40,764 bases of DNA. Origin: an uncultured Bacillales bacterium. Lineage in GTDB: Bacteria; Bacillota_I; Bacilli_A; RFN20; CAG-826. A program made the position numbers and the translations under genes. The stretch lies in assembly GCA_903845135.1 (NCBI GenBank), contig CAIMWL010000117.1, positions 1 through 40,764 on the forward strand, given 5' to 3'. The notes beneath the pieces are model-generated. The model did no database searches, was not told where the DNA came from, and saw nothing but the letters and a program-made list of their open reading frames with translations. This document shows positions 26,008-36,487 of this stretch, piece after piece (position 1 is the stretch's first letter; the number at the start of each line of letters is the position of its first letter).

Positions 26008-26709
26008 TTAAAATCCTCTTTCTCGAAGCATGGATAAGGCAGTTATCACCGCTGTTTCTGAACGAAGAATGCTAGGTCCTAATGAAAAAGGTTGATAACC
26101 ATTTGTAAGTGCTAATGCTAATTCTGCCTCACTTAAACCACCTTCAGGGCCAACAATCAAACTAAGATGTTGCCCTTTAATAAAACGGATTGAAGAAGGT
26201 AAATAGGTGTCTAAATGGGATTCAGATGCCACCCATTTCGAATCATAAGCTAATGAGATAGCGTTTGTAAGCTTCATATATTGATGCATTTTCATCAGCG
26301 TTTCCCGTTTAGATTGTAAGGTTGCCTCTTGAATGATTCTTTGAAATCGGCCGAATTTCTTTTCCTTTTCTGAAGCATCCCAATGAACAACGGTTCTTTC
26401 ACTGGCACAAGCAATAAGTTCGTAAACGCCAAGTTCAGCTGCTTTTTGGACGACCCAATCCATCTTTTCACCTTTAATAACAGGATAAATTAATGTTATT
26501 TTAAATGGCAATTCGTGACTTCTATTAATTAATTGAAGTTTTTCAATCCGTAAAGGTTTTGTCGAGATAACCCGCGCGAAAAAGACTTGACCTTCAATGA
26601 GAAGTTCTAAACTTTCACCTGGTAAAACTCTTAAAACATTGACCAAATGATGTTCATCATTTGCAGATAATATTACCCGATCTTGCCATTTGGCAAAGAT
26701 GCGGATCAT
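26008..26709 (-). CDS. rsmE: 16S rRNA m3U1498 methyltransferase
   Basis: HHL.NVLR, KGEKMDWVVQKAAELG, EATLQS.R, IVGPEGG, LG..ILRSETA. Confidence 0.95.
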   Translation of the reverse strand: MIRIFAKWQDRVILSANDEHHLVNVLRVLPGESLELLIEGQVFFARVISTKPLRIEKLQLINRSHELPFKITLIYPVIKGEKMDWVVQKAAELGVYELIACASERTVVHWDASEKEKKFGRFQRIIQEATLQSKRETLMKMHQYMKLTNAISLAYDSKWVASESHLDTYLPSSIRFIKGQHLSLIVGPEGGLSEAELALALTNGYQPFSLGPSILRSETAVITALSMLRERGF

Positions 26710-26710
26710 C

Positions 26711-27118
26711 TTATTTTAACAATTCTCCCCGTGCATCTTTTGCGTCGGGGTTAAAAAAATAAAATAACGCAAGCACAGTTTGAAAAATCAACAATCCAAG
26801 ATAAGAAATAAATGCGTATTGGTTTAAAAAGGTTAACGTTAATATGACGATGATGGAGGTGATACCAAGATGAAAGAAACCACGACGCTGAAAACCTAGA
26901 TAAAACCAACCGATGCCAAGAAAACCACCAAAGAAAAAGGATAAAACACTGATCCATCTTGATTTCAAAGAAACCAATTCAAGTTGATCTTTTAAAGCTG
27001 CATAACTTGCAGTAACTTGATTTGCAGATTCAGTTTGAATGATTGCGGTTTTACATACAGGGCAAGTTTTAAGGTCTTCTGTAAAAGCAGTGCCACATTT
27101 ACGACATGTTTTTGTCAT
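26711..27118 (-). CDS. Zinc-ribbon plus TM2-domain membrane protein
   Basis: CRKCG...CPVC at the N-terminus; KSR..S.L.FFFGGFLGIG.FYLG...G TM2-like motif. Confidence 0.75.
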   Translation of the reverse strand: MTKTCRKCGTAFTEDLKTCPVCKTAIIQTESANQVTASYAALKDQLELVSLKSRWISVLSFFFGGFLGIGWFYLGFQRRGFFHLGITSIIVILTLTFLNQYAFISYLGLLIFQTVLALFYFFNPDAKDARGELLK

Positions 27119-27124
27119 AATTCC

Positions 27125-27130
27125 ATTATA
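27125..27130 (-). promoter_or_regulatory. -10 box of a probable leaderless promoter for the TM2 gene
   Basis: TATAAT, 6 nt, ATG; no SD in between. Confidence 0.5.
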
Positions 27131-27132
27131 AA

Positions 27133-28263
27133 TTAATTTCGAAAAAACTTCTTAAACTTTTTATATGTGGAATCATCTTTACTATCTTCTCTAAACGCTT
27201 CCAATAAATCGCGTTGCTTTTTAGTTAAACTGCTTGGGGTTTCGATTTTTAAATGCACATACTGGTCACCAGGAGCTTGACCGCGCAAATCTTTAACCCC
27301 TTTACCTTTAATCTTTAAGACCTTATCGGGTTGAGTTCCTGGCGGAATAATCATGGAAACATCACCATAAACGGTTGGAATATCCACCGTTACTCCTAAT
27401 GTGGCATCGACAAATGAAACGGGTATTTCTAAATGAATATCGTTACCTTCTCGAGAAAAATGTGGATGTTTATTGATGGCGATTTCTAAGTATAAATCAC
27501 CATTGGGTCCGCCTAAATCGCCACGTTCGCCTTTGCCAGCAATGCGGATTTGTTGACCGGTGTTAATCCCTGCAGGAATATTCACTTCAATATCAGTTTT
27601 AACGCGATTGTAGCCCTTACCTTGACAGGTTGGACACTCATGTTTAATTTTTTTACCACGACCTTGACAATTATCACAAATCGTTTCGGTTTCCATCATT
27701 CCCAGAATTGTTCGTTGGCGAACACGTTGTTTACCAGAACCCCCACATTGGCGACAGGTTTCTAAATCCGCACTTGAACGTGCTCCGCTTCCACCACACG
27801 CTACACAACCCTCATCATATTGAATCGGAATAATTAATTTTTTCCCGTTGATAGCATCCATAAAGTCGATGCGAAGGCGCATTTGGGTATCGGCCCCTCT
27901 TTGCGGCCCTGATGGTTGGCGACTGCGTCGTTGGCCACCGCCAAAAAATGATCCAAAAATATCGCCCACATCAACATCTTGGAATCCTGAAAAGCCACCA
28001 AAGCCACCGCCTTGAAACGGATTTCCACCCGCATTTTGATCAAAAGCAGCATGACCAAATTGGTCATAAGCCGCTTTCTTTTGATCATCAAATAAGACAT
28101 CGTAAGCTTCTTGCACTTCTTTAAATTTCTTTTCTGCATCCGGCGCTTTATTGATATCCGGATGGTATTGCTTTGCTAATTTACGATATGCTGCTTTGAT
28201 TTCATCTTTGGAAGCATTCTTGGATACACCCAGAATTTCGTAAAAATCTCGTTTGTTCGCCAT
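27133..28263 (-). CDS. dnaJ: Chaperone DnaJ
   Basis: J domain with HPD, G/F region, four CxxCxGxG repeats. Confidence 0.98.
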   Translation of the reverse strand: MANKRDFYEILGVSKNASKDEIKAAYRKLAKQYHPDINKAPDAEKKFKEVQEAYDVLFDDQKKAAYDQFGHAAFDQNAGGNPFQGGGFGGFSGFQDVDVGDIFGSFFGGGQRRSRQPSGPQRGADTQMRLRIDFMDAINGKKLIIPIQYDEGCVACGGSGARSSADLETCRQCGGSGKQRVRQRTILGMMETETICDNCQGRGKKIKHECPTCQGKGYNRVKTDIEVNIPAGINTGQQIRIAGKGERGDLGGPNGDLYLEIAINKHPHFSREGNDIHLEIPVSFVDATLGVTVDIPTVYGDVSMIIPPGTQPDKVLKIKGKGVKDLRGQAPGDQYVHLKIETPSSLTKKQRDLLEAFREDSKDDSTYKKFKKFFRN

Positions 28264-28270
28264 GACCTAC

Positions 28271-30106
28271 CTATTTTTTCTTTTCTGTAAAGTCGGCATC
28301 AATAATATCATCATCATTTTTGCCATTTGCGTCTGGATTAGGGTCTTGATTTGCTTTTGCACCTTGTTGGTTGGCTTGCGCCCTTGCCATCATCTCTGCC
28401 GCTTTTTCAAGATCCGATAATTTTGCTTTTAACTTTTCGTAATCGTTATCTTTGATTGCTTGTTCTAATTCTTCTTTGAGCTTAACAGTTTCTTCTTTTT
28501 GCTTAGCATCAATTTTATCGCCTTTTTCTTCTAAGGCTTGGTTAATACTATTGATGTATTGCTCTGCTTTATTTTTCAGTTCAACTTGTTCTTTTCTCTT
28601 GTCATCAGCTTCTTTATTTGCTTCAGCTTCTTGCATCATTCGATCAATTTCTTGTTTGCTCAAACCGGTCGTTCCTGAGATGGTGATTTGTTGTTCTTTT
28701 TGCGAATCTAAATCCTTGGCAGAAACTTTCACGATACCGTTAACGTCAATCGAGAAGGTTACTTCAATACGTGGTTGCCCACGACGAGCAGGCTTAATCC
28801 CATCGAGTTTAAAGTGCCCTAAGAGTTTATTGTCCCTTGACATTGGTCTTTCACCTTGATAGACCACAATATCCACAGCAGGTTGATTATCAGCTGCGGT
28901 TGAGAAGATTTGGCTCTTTGTCGTAGGAATCGTTGTATTACGTTGAATTAAAGGAGTCATCACTTCTCCCATGGTTTCAATCCCTAAAGTTAAGGGTGTA
29001 ACGTCCAGTAAAACCACATCTTTGACATCACCGGAAATGACTGCACCTTGAATGGCAGCACCAACGGAAACCGCTTCATCAGGATTGACGGAGAAGTTTA
29101 AAGACTTATTTAACATTTTCTTCACGAGTTCTTGAACCGCTGGCATGCGAATTGAACCACCGACCATCAGAACTTCATCAAGATCGTTCGAAGTTAATTT
29201 GGCATCTGCTAATGCTTTGCGAATTGGTTCTTCCGTTCGCTTTAACAAGGCTTTGGTCATGTCTTGGAATTTAGCGCGACTTAATTTTGCTTCAAAGTTA
29301 ATGGGGCCATTGGCGTTTTGTCCCACAAACGGTAGGGAAATCGTTGTTTCCATCATGGAAGATAATTCAATTTTGGCTTTTTCAGCAGCATCTTTAAAGC
29401 GTTGTAAAGCCATTTTATCATTTAACGTTACATTAAATTGGGCTTTAATTTGTTCTTGAATCCATTTCACCACTTCTAAGTCCCAATCATCGCCACCAAG
29501 TCGGTTATCACCGGCTGTAGAAATGACTTCAAAAGTGCCATCGCCAATTTCAAGAATCGAAACGTCAAAGGTGCCACCACCCAAATCATAGACTAAAATT
29601 TTTCCTGATTTTTTGCTTTCTAAACCATAAGCTAGTGCAGAGGCTGTTGGTTCGTTGATAATTCGCACCACTTCTAGACCTGCAATTTGTCCAGCATCCT
29701 TTGTTGCTTGTCTTTGAGCATCGTTGAAATAAGCAGGCACGGTTATGACAGCTTTTTTAATACTTTGACCCAGTGAATCTTCAGCATATTTTTTCATGTA
29801 AGCAAGAATTTTTGCCGAAATTTCTTGAGGGGTAAAGGATTTATTTAATGCCTTGATTGTGACTTTTTGATCGGTACCCATCATTCGCTTGATAGAAAGC
29901 ACGGTGTCTGGGTTGATTACCGCTTGTCTTTTTGCAGCGTCCCCGATAATTTCTTCCCCATTACTTTTAAAGGCAACCGCGGATGGGGTTGTGTTTTTGC
30001 CTTCAGGATTAGGTATGACTTTCACCTTTCCGTCTGCTTGGACATAGGAAACCACTGAGTTGGTTGTCCCAAGATCAATACCGATGATAATTTCTTTTTT
30101 TGCCAT
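28271..30106 (-). CDS. dnaK: Chaperone DnaK
   Basis: [43 protein letters not shown]. Confidence 0.99.
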   Translation of the reverse strand: MAKKEIIIGIDLGTTNSVVSYVQADGKVKVIPNPEGKNTTPSAVAFKSNGEEIIGDAAKRQAVINPDTVLSIKRMMGTDQKVTIKALNKSFTPQEISAKILAYMKKYAEDSLGQSIKKAVITVPAYFNDAQRQATKDAGQIAGLEVVRIINEPTASALAYGLESKKSGKILVYDLGGGTFDVSILEIGDGTFEVISTAGDNRLGGDDWDLEVVKWIQEQIKAQFNVTLNDKMALQRFKDAAEKAKIELSSMMETTISLPFVGQNANGPINFEAKLSRAKFQDMTKALLKRTEEPIRKALADAKLTSNDLDEVLMVGGSIRMPAVQELVKKMLNKSLNFSVNPDEAVSVGAAIQGAVISGDVKDVVLLDVTPLTLGIETMGEVMTPLIQRNTTIPTTKSQIFSTAADNQPAVDIVVYQGERPMSRDNKLLGHFKLDGIKPARRGQPRIEVTFSIDVNGIVKVSAKDLDSQKEQQITISGTTGLSKQEIDRMMQEAEANKEADDKRKEQVELKNKAEQYINSINQALEEKGDKIDAKQKEETVKLKEELEQAIKDNDYEKLKAKLSDLEKAAEMMARAQANQQGAKANQDPNPDANGKNDDDIIDADFTEKKK

Positions 30107-30124
30107 AAATTTTCTCCTTTTATT

Positions 30125-30733
30125 TTATGCGGCTTGTTTGCCGTTTTCTTGACTTGGATTCACTTCTGAATTCTTTTTGTCTGCTTGTTTTGAGACAATG
30201 ACGAGCACTTGTTTCACTACCCGATCATGCAATTTGAATCCCGGTGAGAGGATTTTTAACACGCGATTGGGAGGTCCTTCACTGACTTCGGTCTCAAGAG
30301 CATGCATGGTCATCACATCAAATGCATCATTGATTTTGACTGGTATTTCTTTTACACCTTCTTCGATTAATGCTTGATTGAGTTGGTTATAGATGTACTC
30401 AAATCCGATTAAATAGTTTTTTAATTTCGGATCATCTACGGGGTTTTTGAGGGCGATATGGAATGATTCCAATGCGGGTAATAACTTATCAATAAATCCT
30501 TCTGCCCGGTATCGAATTGCCTCTGAGAATGCTTTATCTTGAGACTTCCTCAAGTTATCCATATCGGCGAACATCATCGCGTATTTATTTTTCCAGTTAT
30601 AGATCTCAGCTTCTGCGGCTTGTAATTTTTCTTCAATTGTCAGTGGTTTTGTTTCTTGAGTTGGTTTTTCTGGTTCTTTTGATTCAGGCGATTTGTTTAA
30701 ATCTTTTTCTTGTTTTTCTTTCTCTTGTTTCAT
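30125..30733 (-). CDS. grpE: Nucleotide exchange factor GrpE
   Basis: AD.DNLRK, LLP..ESF, FD...H.A, G.KL.DRV; between hrcA and dnaK. Confidence 0.95.
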   Translation of the reverse strand: MKQEKEKQEKDLNKSPESKEPEKPTQETKPLTIEEKLQAAEAEIYNWKNKYAMMFADMDNLRKSQDKAFSEAIRYRAEGFIDKLLPALESFHIALKNPVDDPKLKNYLIGFEYIYNQLNQALIEEGVKEIPVKINDAFDVMTMHALETEVSEGPPNRVLKILSPGFKLHDRVVKQVLVIVSKQADKKNSEVNPSQENGKQAA

Positions 30734-31767
30734 TTGCTTTTACCCTCCATTTTTGGTTTCTCGGTTATTTTTTCAAAATATTTTTCCAGCATTTCCGTGA
30801 CATATTCTAGTGCTGATAATGCACGGTCGTAATCCATCCGAGTTGGCCCAACAATGGCGATTCGACTTTCTTTTTCTCCTGGCATTTTCAACTTACTAGA
30901 AACAATTGACAGGTCATGATTTTCACCTTGATCACCAATGTTAACGGCCACATTGCCAGTCGACTTAGCAACTTGGTTTAGTAATTTAGGGGACTCAAGT
31001 AAGGTCAGTACTTTTCTTAATTTGTCGCCATCGTGGGCGAATTCTGGTTGGTTGAATAATGAATCTTTGCCATAAAGTTTAAGACGTTCACCCGCAAAAT
31101 TTAAAAATGCTTGAGTAAAGGCTTGGTAGACGACATCGTGTTCGGCAATATAATCCTCGAGGATAGGTTTAATTGCTTCCATTTTTGCCGATAATTCGGA
31201 AACAGGAGTTCCTCTTAAACGTTTGTTAATTAAGTTCATGCAATCTGCCAAAGCGTCTTTTTCGATATTCTTTGGTAGAACAAAAGTTTTATTTTCTACA
31301 TAGCCTGAGTCGGTAATAAATACCACGGTTGCTGAATTATTTTCTAATGGTGTAACTTGAATACTCATCAATTTTTCTTGTTGGGCATTTGGACCCAACA
31401 CCACCGAAGCCAGTTTCGTCATATTCGCGAGAATTTCCGAACTCTTTTGTATGATTTCCGTGACGGATTGCGCTTTTTGAGAAAGGATAACTTGGAGTTG
31501 TTGTTTAATTCTTTCATCCACACTTTTATTGCGCAGGTGATTGACGTAATATTGATAACCTTTACTAGAAGGTATTCGTCCAGATGAGGTGTGGGTTTTT
31601 TCAAGTAAACCCGCATTTTCTAATGCAAGCATTTCGTTACGAATGGTGGCAGATGAAAAGTTAAGTTCGTAAGTTTGGATGAGGGTTTGTGATCCCACTG
31701 GTAAAGCGGTTTTAATGAAATGTTCAACGATATGTTTTAGGATTAAATCGCGTCGGGATAATTCCAT
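30730..31767 (-). CDS. hrcA: Heat-inducible repressor HrcA
   Basis: IL..IVE.FI.T..PVGS, SSATIRNEM..LE..G.L.K.H.SSGRIP, IVGPTRMDY. Start is ATG 31767 (GGAGG SD); the track start 31788 lies inside the CIRCE. Confidence 0.96.
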   Translation of the reverse strand: MELSRRDLILKHIVEHFIKTALPVGSQTLIQTYELNFSSATIRNEMLALENAGLLEKTHTSSGRIPSSKGYQYYVNHLRNKSVDERIKQQLQVILSQKAQSVTEIIQKSSEILANMTKLASVVLGPNAQQEKLMSIQVTPLENNSATVVFITDSGYVENKTFVLPKNIEKDALADCMNLINKRLRGTPVSELSAKMEAIKPILEDYIAEHDVVYQAFTQAFLNFAGERLKLYGKDSLFNQPEFAHDGDKLRKVLTLLESPKLLNQVAKSTGNVAVNIGDQGENHDLSIVSSKLKMPGEKESRIAIVGPTRMDYDRALSALEYVTEMLEKYFEKITEKPKMEGKSK

Positions 31768-31777
31768 ATAAACCTCC

Positions 31778-31804
31778 TTAGCATTCATTATCTATGAGTG
31801 CTAA
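31778..31804 (-). promoter_or_regulatory. CIRCE operator 1 (downstream of promoter, abutting the hrcA SD)
   Basis: TTAGCACTC-N9-GAATGCTAA, one mismatch to the consensus TTAGCACTC-N9-GAGTGCTAA. Confidence 0.93.
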
Positions 31805-31808
31805 AAAT

Positions 31809-31836
31809 ATTATAACAAGGTTTTTGGCACTGTCAA
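31809..31836 (-). promoter_or_regulatory. Sigma-A promoter of hrcA-grpE-dnaK-dnaJ
   Basis: TTGACA-N16-TATAAT with TG-T extension. Confidence 0.88.
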
Positions 31837-31850
31837 TTATAAAGTGCTAA
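31824..31850 (-). promoter_or_regulatory. CIRCE operator 2 (covers the -35 box and the hemW stop)
   Basis: TTAGCACTT-N9-CAGTGCCAA, three mismatches to consensus, correct N9 spacing. Confidence 0.8.
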
Positions 31851-32968
31851 ATTATATCTTTTGTTAATTTTAAGACGACGTAATCAAGTAATAACATACC
31901 TTCGAAACTTAGTTTAGTACGGTTATTTTCAATAAGGATAAGACCTTTTTGAACTAATGGCAGCATCGTATTTTCAAATAAAGTGGTGAATTGAATATGA
32001 AAAATCTCGTTGAATTCAGTTAATGAAAACCCATCCTTAAGACGATAATTGAGCATGATGTATTCGAATCGTTTCATCTTTTCATCGATAACTTCTTCAA
32101 CATCACGATGCCATCCTTGTAAATACTTGGTCATGTTCTTGGTGTTTGTATATCGAATGCCTTGCAAATAACCACTCGCGCCTAAGCCAACTCCGATATA
32201 TTCTTGATTTCTCCAATAGGTTAAATTGTGCCTGGATATTTCTTGATCACGGGCAAAATTACTCACCTCATAACGTTCATAACCATGGGCGGTTAAAGTT
32301 TGATAAATCATTTCATAATGATGGCGAGAAACTTCATCGGTTGCCGGTTTAACTTTTTGAATGCCAAAAACGGTATTGGGATGAATGGTCAAAGCATAAG
32401 TGGCGATATGATTGACATTTAATGATAAAAAATGCTGTAAGTCTGTTTGCAAATCTTCATCACTTACACGCGGTAAATCATAAATAAGGTCCACATTTAT
32501 TTTCTGAAAACCCAATGATTTAGCCGTGGCAATTGTGTTGACAATATCTTGATCATTATGATGCCGATTTAGGGCAATTAAAGCTTCTTTTTTAAAAGTT
32601 TGGACACCAAAGGAAAGGCGATTAACACCTGCATTTTTCATTATTTTTAGTTTTTCAGGCGTGGTAGATTCAACGTTGCATTCCACTGTCCATTCACAGG
32701 ATGGTGAAGCGTAGTTTTTTACGCCCTGACAAAGTAATTCTAGATCATCAACCGTTAAAGCCGTGGGGGTTCCACCACCAAAAAAAATCGTTTCGTATTG
32801 GTGTTGACCATAACCTATAATTTCTTTTAAAACGGTTTCAACATATATCCGAGTTTGCTTCGGATTCGTTAACATCTTGGTAAAGTCACAATAATGACAA
32901 ATATGGTCGCAATAAGGGATGTGGACGTATAAAGATCTAGGATGAAGATTTTTTGCGTTTGGTTGCAT
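31847..32968 (-). CDS. hemW: Radical SAM heme chaperone HemW (HemN-like)
   Basis: LYVHIPYCDHICHYCDF (CxxxCxxC), FGGGTPT, NRLSFGVQ, YEVSNF, HN..YW, GLGASG; lepA-hemW-hrcA context. Confidence 0.93.
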   Translation of the reverse strand: MQPNAKNLHPRSLYVHIPYCDHICHYCDFTKMLTNPKQTRIYVETVLKEIIGYGQHQYETIFFGGGTPTALTVDDLELLCQGVKNYASPSCEWTVECNVESTTPEKLKIMKNAGVNRLSFGVQTFKKEALIALNRHHNDQDIVNTIATAKSLGFQKINVDLIYDLPRVSDEDLQTDLQHFLSLNVNHIATYALTIHPNTVFGIQKVKPATDEVSRHHYEMIYQTLTAHGYERYEVSNFARDQEISRHNLTYWRNQEYIGVGLGASGYLQGIRYTNTKNMTKYLQGWHRDVEEVIDEKMKRFEYIMLNYRLKDGFSLTEFNEIFHIQFTTLFENTMLPLVQKGLILIENNRTKLSFEGMLLLDYVVLKLTKDII

Positions 32969-33248
32969 GCTTCTTGCCAGGAGTTGATTGTTTCATTTTT
33001 GAGATTTCTGTGGTAACTTTTTTAGCTGGTTTGGCTTGAGTCAATGGAGTTTCCAAAGGCACTAACACTCGATCAAGCTCTTCTTTAACTGCTTTTTTAG
33101 GATCAACTTTTCCCTCATCACTCGTCGCTGGCCATATTAATTTTCTTAACCAACTCGCGATTAAAGCAATCACTGAAAAAATGATTAGTAATAAAATGAT
33201 GGTGACGATACCGCTATTAAAAAATCCAGTCAGCATTAAACTATTCAT
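32937..33248 (-). CDS. Small single-pass membrane protein with basic tail, 103 aa
   Basis: AAGGAG SD, ATG overlapping the upstream stop, one hydrophobic helix (residues 14-34). Confidence 0.7.
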   Translation of the reverse strand: MNSLMLTGFFNSGIVTIILLLIIFSVIALIASWLRKLIWPATSDEGKVDPKKAVKEELDRVLVPLETPLTQAKPAKKVTTEISKMKQSTPGKKHATKRKKSSS

Positions 33249-34572
33249 GGTTTTCTCCTTTGAGTTCTACAGGGGTATAAACAAATTTATTCTTGTATTT
33301 CTCTTTACGATAATACCCTAATTTAACTAAATGTTCCATTGAAGTCCGTGCGGTTTCATAGGCACAATCAAGTAACTTTTTATATTGCGCCAGCGTATAG
33401 TATTTGCCAATGGTATGATGTCTAGCATAAAAATAAGCTTCGCCTTTTTTTATACTCGGATGGGTTTCCATTAAATGTTGTTGGAGGCGATTGGCCTCAA
33501 CTTCCCCAATCGTAGACTCACTGACAGTAAAAGGTGCCGTTTCTTTAGGTAATGGCGCCGGAGACGTAAAACGAATTGTCGGTACGGATGCAGATTTTTT
33601 TTCTTCAATTAATTGTTGTTTTTGGAGAGAAACTAATTGTTCAAGTAACTGATCAATACTGGCATGCATATAAGGAAGAATGAAATCTAATAAATACGTG
33701 ATGTCACCAGACCGTTGAACCTCCAACATACGTTTTTCATAATTTTCATTTTCCATCATTTGTTCGATATTTATATAACAAGGTACAGATTCATAATCAC
33801 TGTGAACTAAAATGTTTTTAAAAAGTAAATAACTAATTTCGTCGTTAAAGACTTCAAAAGGTTTGACGTAATCTAAATAATAAAGCCCAATCGTTGCAAC
33901 AATAATTGGCGATAAGGTTAATTGCTTGATGGTATTTAGTAAAGCTTGCATCATCGGTTCAATCATGGGATATGGAGCTGCTTCATATACTCGTGCCACT
34001 AAACTACGGGGACGATTGGTTAAATCTTTTTCCCGATAAAACATCGTTAATTCTTGAGTGTTTGTTAATAACATTAATAATTCACCCATCAGATCTTCAT
34101 CCATTTTGGTTTGCCGACGATTCGCAATTAATTTAAGGGCTTGATAATAAGCATTTACCGATGACAATTCAGCCTTTCTATCGACGGTTTTTTCTTCGAT
34201 GATATAGGTTAAATTTCTTTCAGCTGTTGAAGCGCCATATTGTTTACCTATTGAAGTTAAAATAGGAAAAAATAATTTTTGAAAATGAGGGTGTAATTGG
34301 TTCTGAATTTGATGGTAATTGAATAAACTGACCGCTTTTGCCATTTTCCGATCGAAGGCGACTGATTTTTCTAATAAGGAAGGCGTTAACACAATCTGTA
34401 AAGATTGCTTATCCATTGCTTGTAAAGGCAGAACCCTGGCAAAGGTGGAACGATATTGAACAATCGTACCCCAAAGGGCATCGACCACTGCGGTCCCTAA
34501 TTGTTTTGCCACGTCTTGTTTCGTGGCGTAATGGTCATCCGTAAACCGGATTGCTAAGTCATTGATTGGCAT
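33241..34572 (-). CDS. Fic-fold protein with degenerate catalytic motif and C-terminal winged HTH
   Basis: PIIVATIGLYYLDYVKPFEVFNDE aligns to the Fic helix plus HPFxDGNGR motif; C-terminal YT..QY.....CAYETAR..MEHLVKLGYY resembles a wHTH. Confidence 0.7.
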   Translation of the reverse strand: MPINDLAIRFTDDHYATKQDVAKQLGTAVVDALWGTIVQYRSTFARVLPLQAMDKQSLQIVLTPSLLEKSVAFDRKMAKAVSLFNYHQIQNQLHPHFQKLFFPILTSIGKQYGASTAERNLTYIIEEKTVDRKAELSSVNAYYQALKLIANRRQTKMDEDLMGELLMLLTNTQELTMFYREKDLTNRPRSLVARVYEAAPYPMIEPMMQALLNTIKQLTLSPIIVATIGLYYLDYVKPFEVFNDEISYLLFKNILVHSDYESVPCYINIEQMMENENYEKRMLEVQRSGDITYLLDFILPYMHASIDQLLEQLVSLQKQQLIEEKKSASVPTIRFTSPAPLPKETAPFTVSESTIGEVEANRLQQHLMETHPSIKKGEAYFYARHHTIGKYYTLAQYKKLLDCAYETARTSMEHLVKLGYYRKEKYKNKFVYTPVELKGENHE

Positions 34573-34586
34573 AATTTACTGGTAAA

Positions 34587-34595
34587 AATATACCA
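34587..34595 (-). promoter_or_regulatory. Extended -10 promoter of the Fic-like gene
   Basis: TG-G-TATATT 14 nt upstream of ATG; no SD. Confidence 0.5.
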
Positions 34596-34597
34596 CA

Positions 34598-34630
34598 TTA
34601 TTACTAAAAATAGTAGAAATTTAGTAGTCT
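34598..34630. repeat. TAGTA array: direct pair AATAGTAGAAA / TTTAGTAGTCT (11-bp period) plus an inverted copy
   Basis: Read directly: TTATTACTAAAAATAGTAGAAATTTAGTAGTCT, immediately upstream of the extended -10. Confidence 0.6.
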
Positions 34631-34639
34631 GAAGAATCG

Positions 34640-36445
34640 CTAATCGTCGATGGATAAAACTGACATAAAGGCTTCTTGAGGAACTTCGACAGAACCGATA
34701 TTTTTCATTCGCTTCTTGCCTTCTTTTTGTTTATCTAATAGTTTTCTTTTTCTCGAAATATCACCGCCATAACACTTGGCAAGCACATCTTTACGAACGG
34801 CTTTAATATCGGTTCTGGCAATGACTTTGCCATTGATCGCCGCTTGAACAGGTATTTCAAATTGTTGTCGAGGAATAATATCCTTCAATTTTTCAACAAT
34901 AAAATTTCCACGAGCATAAGCCGATGGTTTGTGAACGATGGTCGAGAGGGCGTCGATTGTTTCGCCATTGAGAAGGATATCCATTTTCGCTAAATTACCA
35001 ACTTTATAATCCGAGAGTTGGTAATCAAATGAAGCATATCCTTTCGATAAACTTTTTAACTTATCAAAAAAGTTGTATACGATTTCTGCTAATGGAATGT
35101 CATACCTTAATGTCATTCTCGTATCATCTACATACTCTAAATCCTGATAAATACCACGGCGATTTTGACACAACTCCATTAACACACCAACATATTCTTT
35201 AGGTGTGGTAATCGTTGCCTTTACATATGGCTCTGCTATTTCTTTAATCAAGGTTAGATGAGGAAGTTTATTGGGATTGTCCAATAAAATCACTTCGCCA
35301 TTATGCATGTGAACATGATAAACAACACTTGGGGCTGTTAAGATTAAGTTTAAATTATATTCCCGTTCTAAACGTTCTTGAATGACATCCATATGTAACA
35401 AACCTAAAAACCCACAGCGATATCCAAACCCTAAGGCTTGAGAGGTTTCTGGTTCAAACTTCAAACTGGCATCGCTTAACGAAAGTTTACCTAACGCATC
35501 TTTAAGGTCACTATATTCCTTACCATCGACTGGAAATAATCCACAAAAGACCATGGGGTTTAAATCACGATATCCTGGTAATGGTGACGTCGCGGGATGG
35601 TCTCTTAATGTAATAGTTTCCCCGGAACGTACGTCCTTAATTTCTTTGATTTGTGCAGCTAAATAACCGACTTCTCCAGAGGCTAATTCTTGGCGTTTTT
35701 CTTGTTGGGGTCTAAAAATACCCAATTCGGTGACCTGATAAACTTTGCCCGAGGCCATTAATTGAATATAGTCTCCAACCTTGACATGCCCTTCTTTGAT
35801 GCGAATCAGTGCCACAACCCCTCGGTAAGAATCATAGAATGAGTCAAATATTAACGCTTTTAATGGCGCATCATAGGCTCCTTCTGGATGCGGGATTTCT
35901 TTAATGATTTTTTCTAAAACTTCTAGGACATTTTTCCCAGTTTTTCCGCTTATTTCAAGGGCGTCATCTGCATCTAAACCAATTCTTTTTTTAATTTCTG
36001 CTTTTACCTTTGCCGGATCGGATTGGGGTAAATCTACTTTATTGATTAAGGGAATGATCCATAAGTTATTGTCGACTGCTAAATAAACATTGGCGAGTGT
36101 TTGTGCTTCCACACCTTGCGAAGCATCGACTACTAATAACGCCCCTTCACAAGCGGCAAGAGAACGTGAAACTTCATAGGTAAAATCGACGTGTCCGGGG
36201 GTGTCGATTAAGTTAAAAGTATATTCTTGGCCATCTTTAGATTGATATTGGAGGGTCACCGTAGTTAGTTTAATGGTAATGCCGCGTTCACGTTCTAAAT
36301 CCATCGAATCGAGAAGCTGTTCTTTCATTTCTCTTTTACTGACAGCGCCTGTCAATTCCAAAATACGATCCGCTAAAGTGGATTTCCCATGATCGATATG
36401 GGCAATGATTGAGAAGTTTCTTATTTTTTTAATATCGTAAGCCAT
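34640..36445 (-). CDS. lepA: Elongation factor 4
   Basis: [43 protein letters not shown]-like [25 protein letters not shown]. Confidence 0.99.
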   Translation of the reverse strand: MAYDIKKIRNFSIIAHIDHGKSTLADRILELTGAVSKREMKEQLLDSMDLERERGITIKLTTVTLQYQSKDGQEYTFNLIDTPGHVDFTYEVSRSLAACEGALLVVDASQGVEAQTLANVYLAVDNNLWIIPLINKVDLPQSDPAKVKAEIKKRIGLDADDALEISGKTGKNVLEVLEKIIKEIPHPEGAYDAPLKALIFDSFYDSYRGVVALIRIKEGHVKVGDYIQLMASGKVYQVTELGIFRPQQEKRQELASGEVGYLAAQIKEIKDVRSGETITLRDHPATSPLPGYRDLNPMVFCGLFPVDGKEYSDLKDALGKLSLSDASLKFEPETSQALGFGYRCGFLGLLHMDVIQERLEREYNLNLILTAPSVVYHVHMHNGEVILLDNPNKLPHLTLIKEIAEPYVKATITTPKEYVGVLMELCQNRRGIYQDLEYVDDTRMTLRYDIPLAEIVYNFFDKLKSLSKGYASFDYQLSDYKVGNLAKMDILLNGETIDALSTIVHKPSAYARGNFIVEKLKDIIPRQQFEIPVQAAINGKVIARTDIKAVRKDVLAKCYGGDISRKRKLLDKQKEGKKRMKNIGSVEVPQEAFMSVLSIDD

Positions 36446-36458
36446 AAATCACGTTATT

Positions 36459-36464
36459 ATCATA
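36459..36464 (-). promoter_or_regulatory. Possible -10 box for lepA
   Basis: TATGAT 13 nt upstream of ATG; only a weak -35 (TAGCAA at N17); no SD. Confidence 0.35.
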
Positions 36465-36487
36465 CCGATAAAATGGGTATTTTGCTA

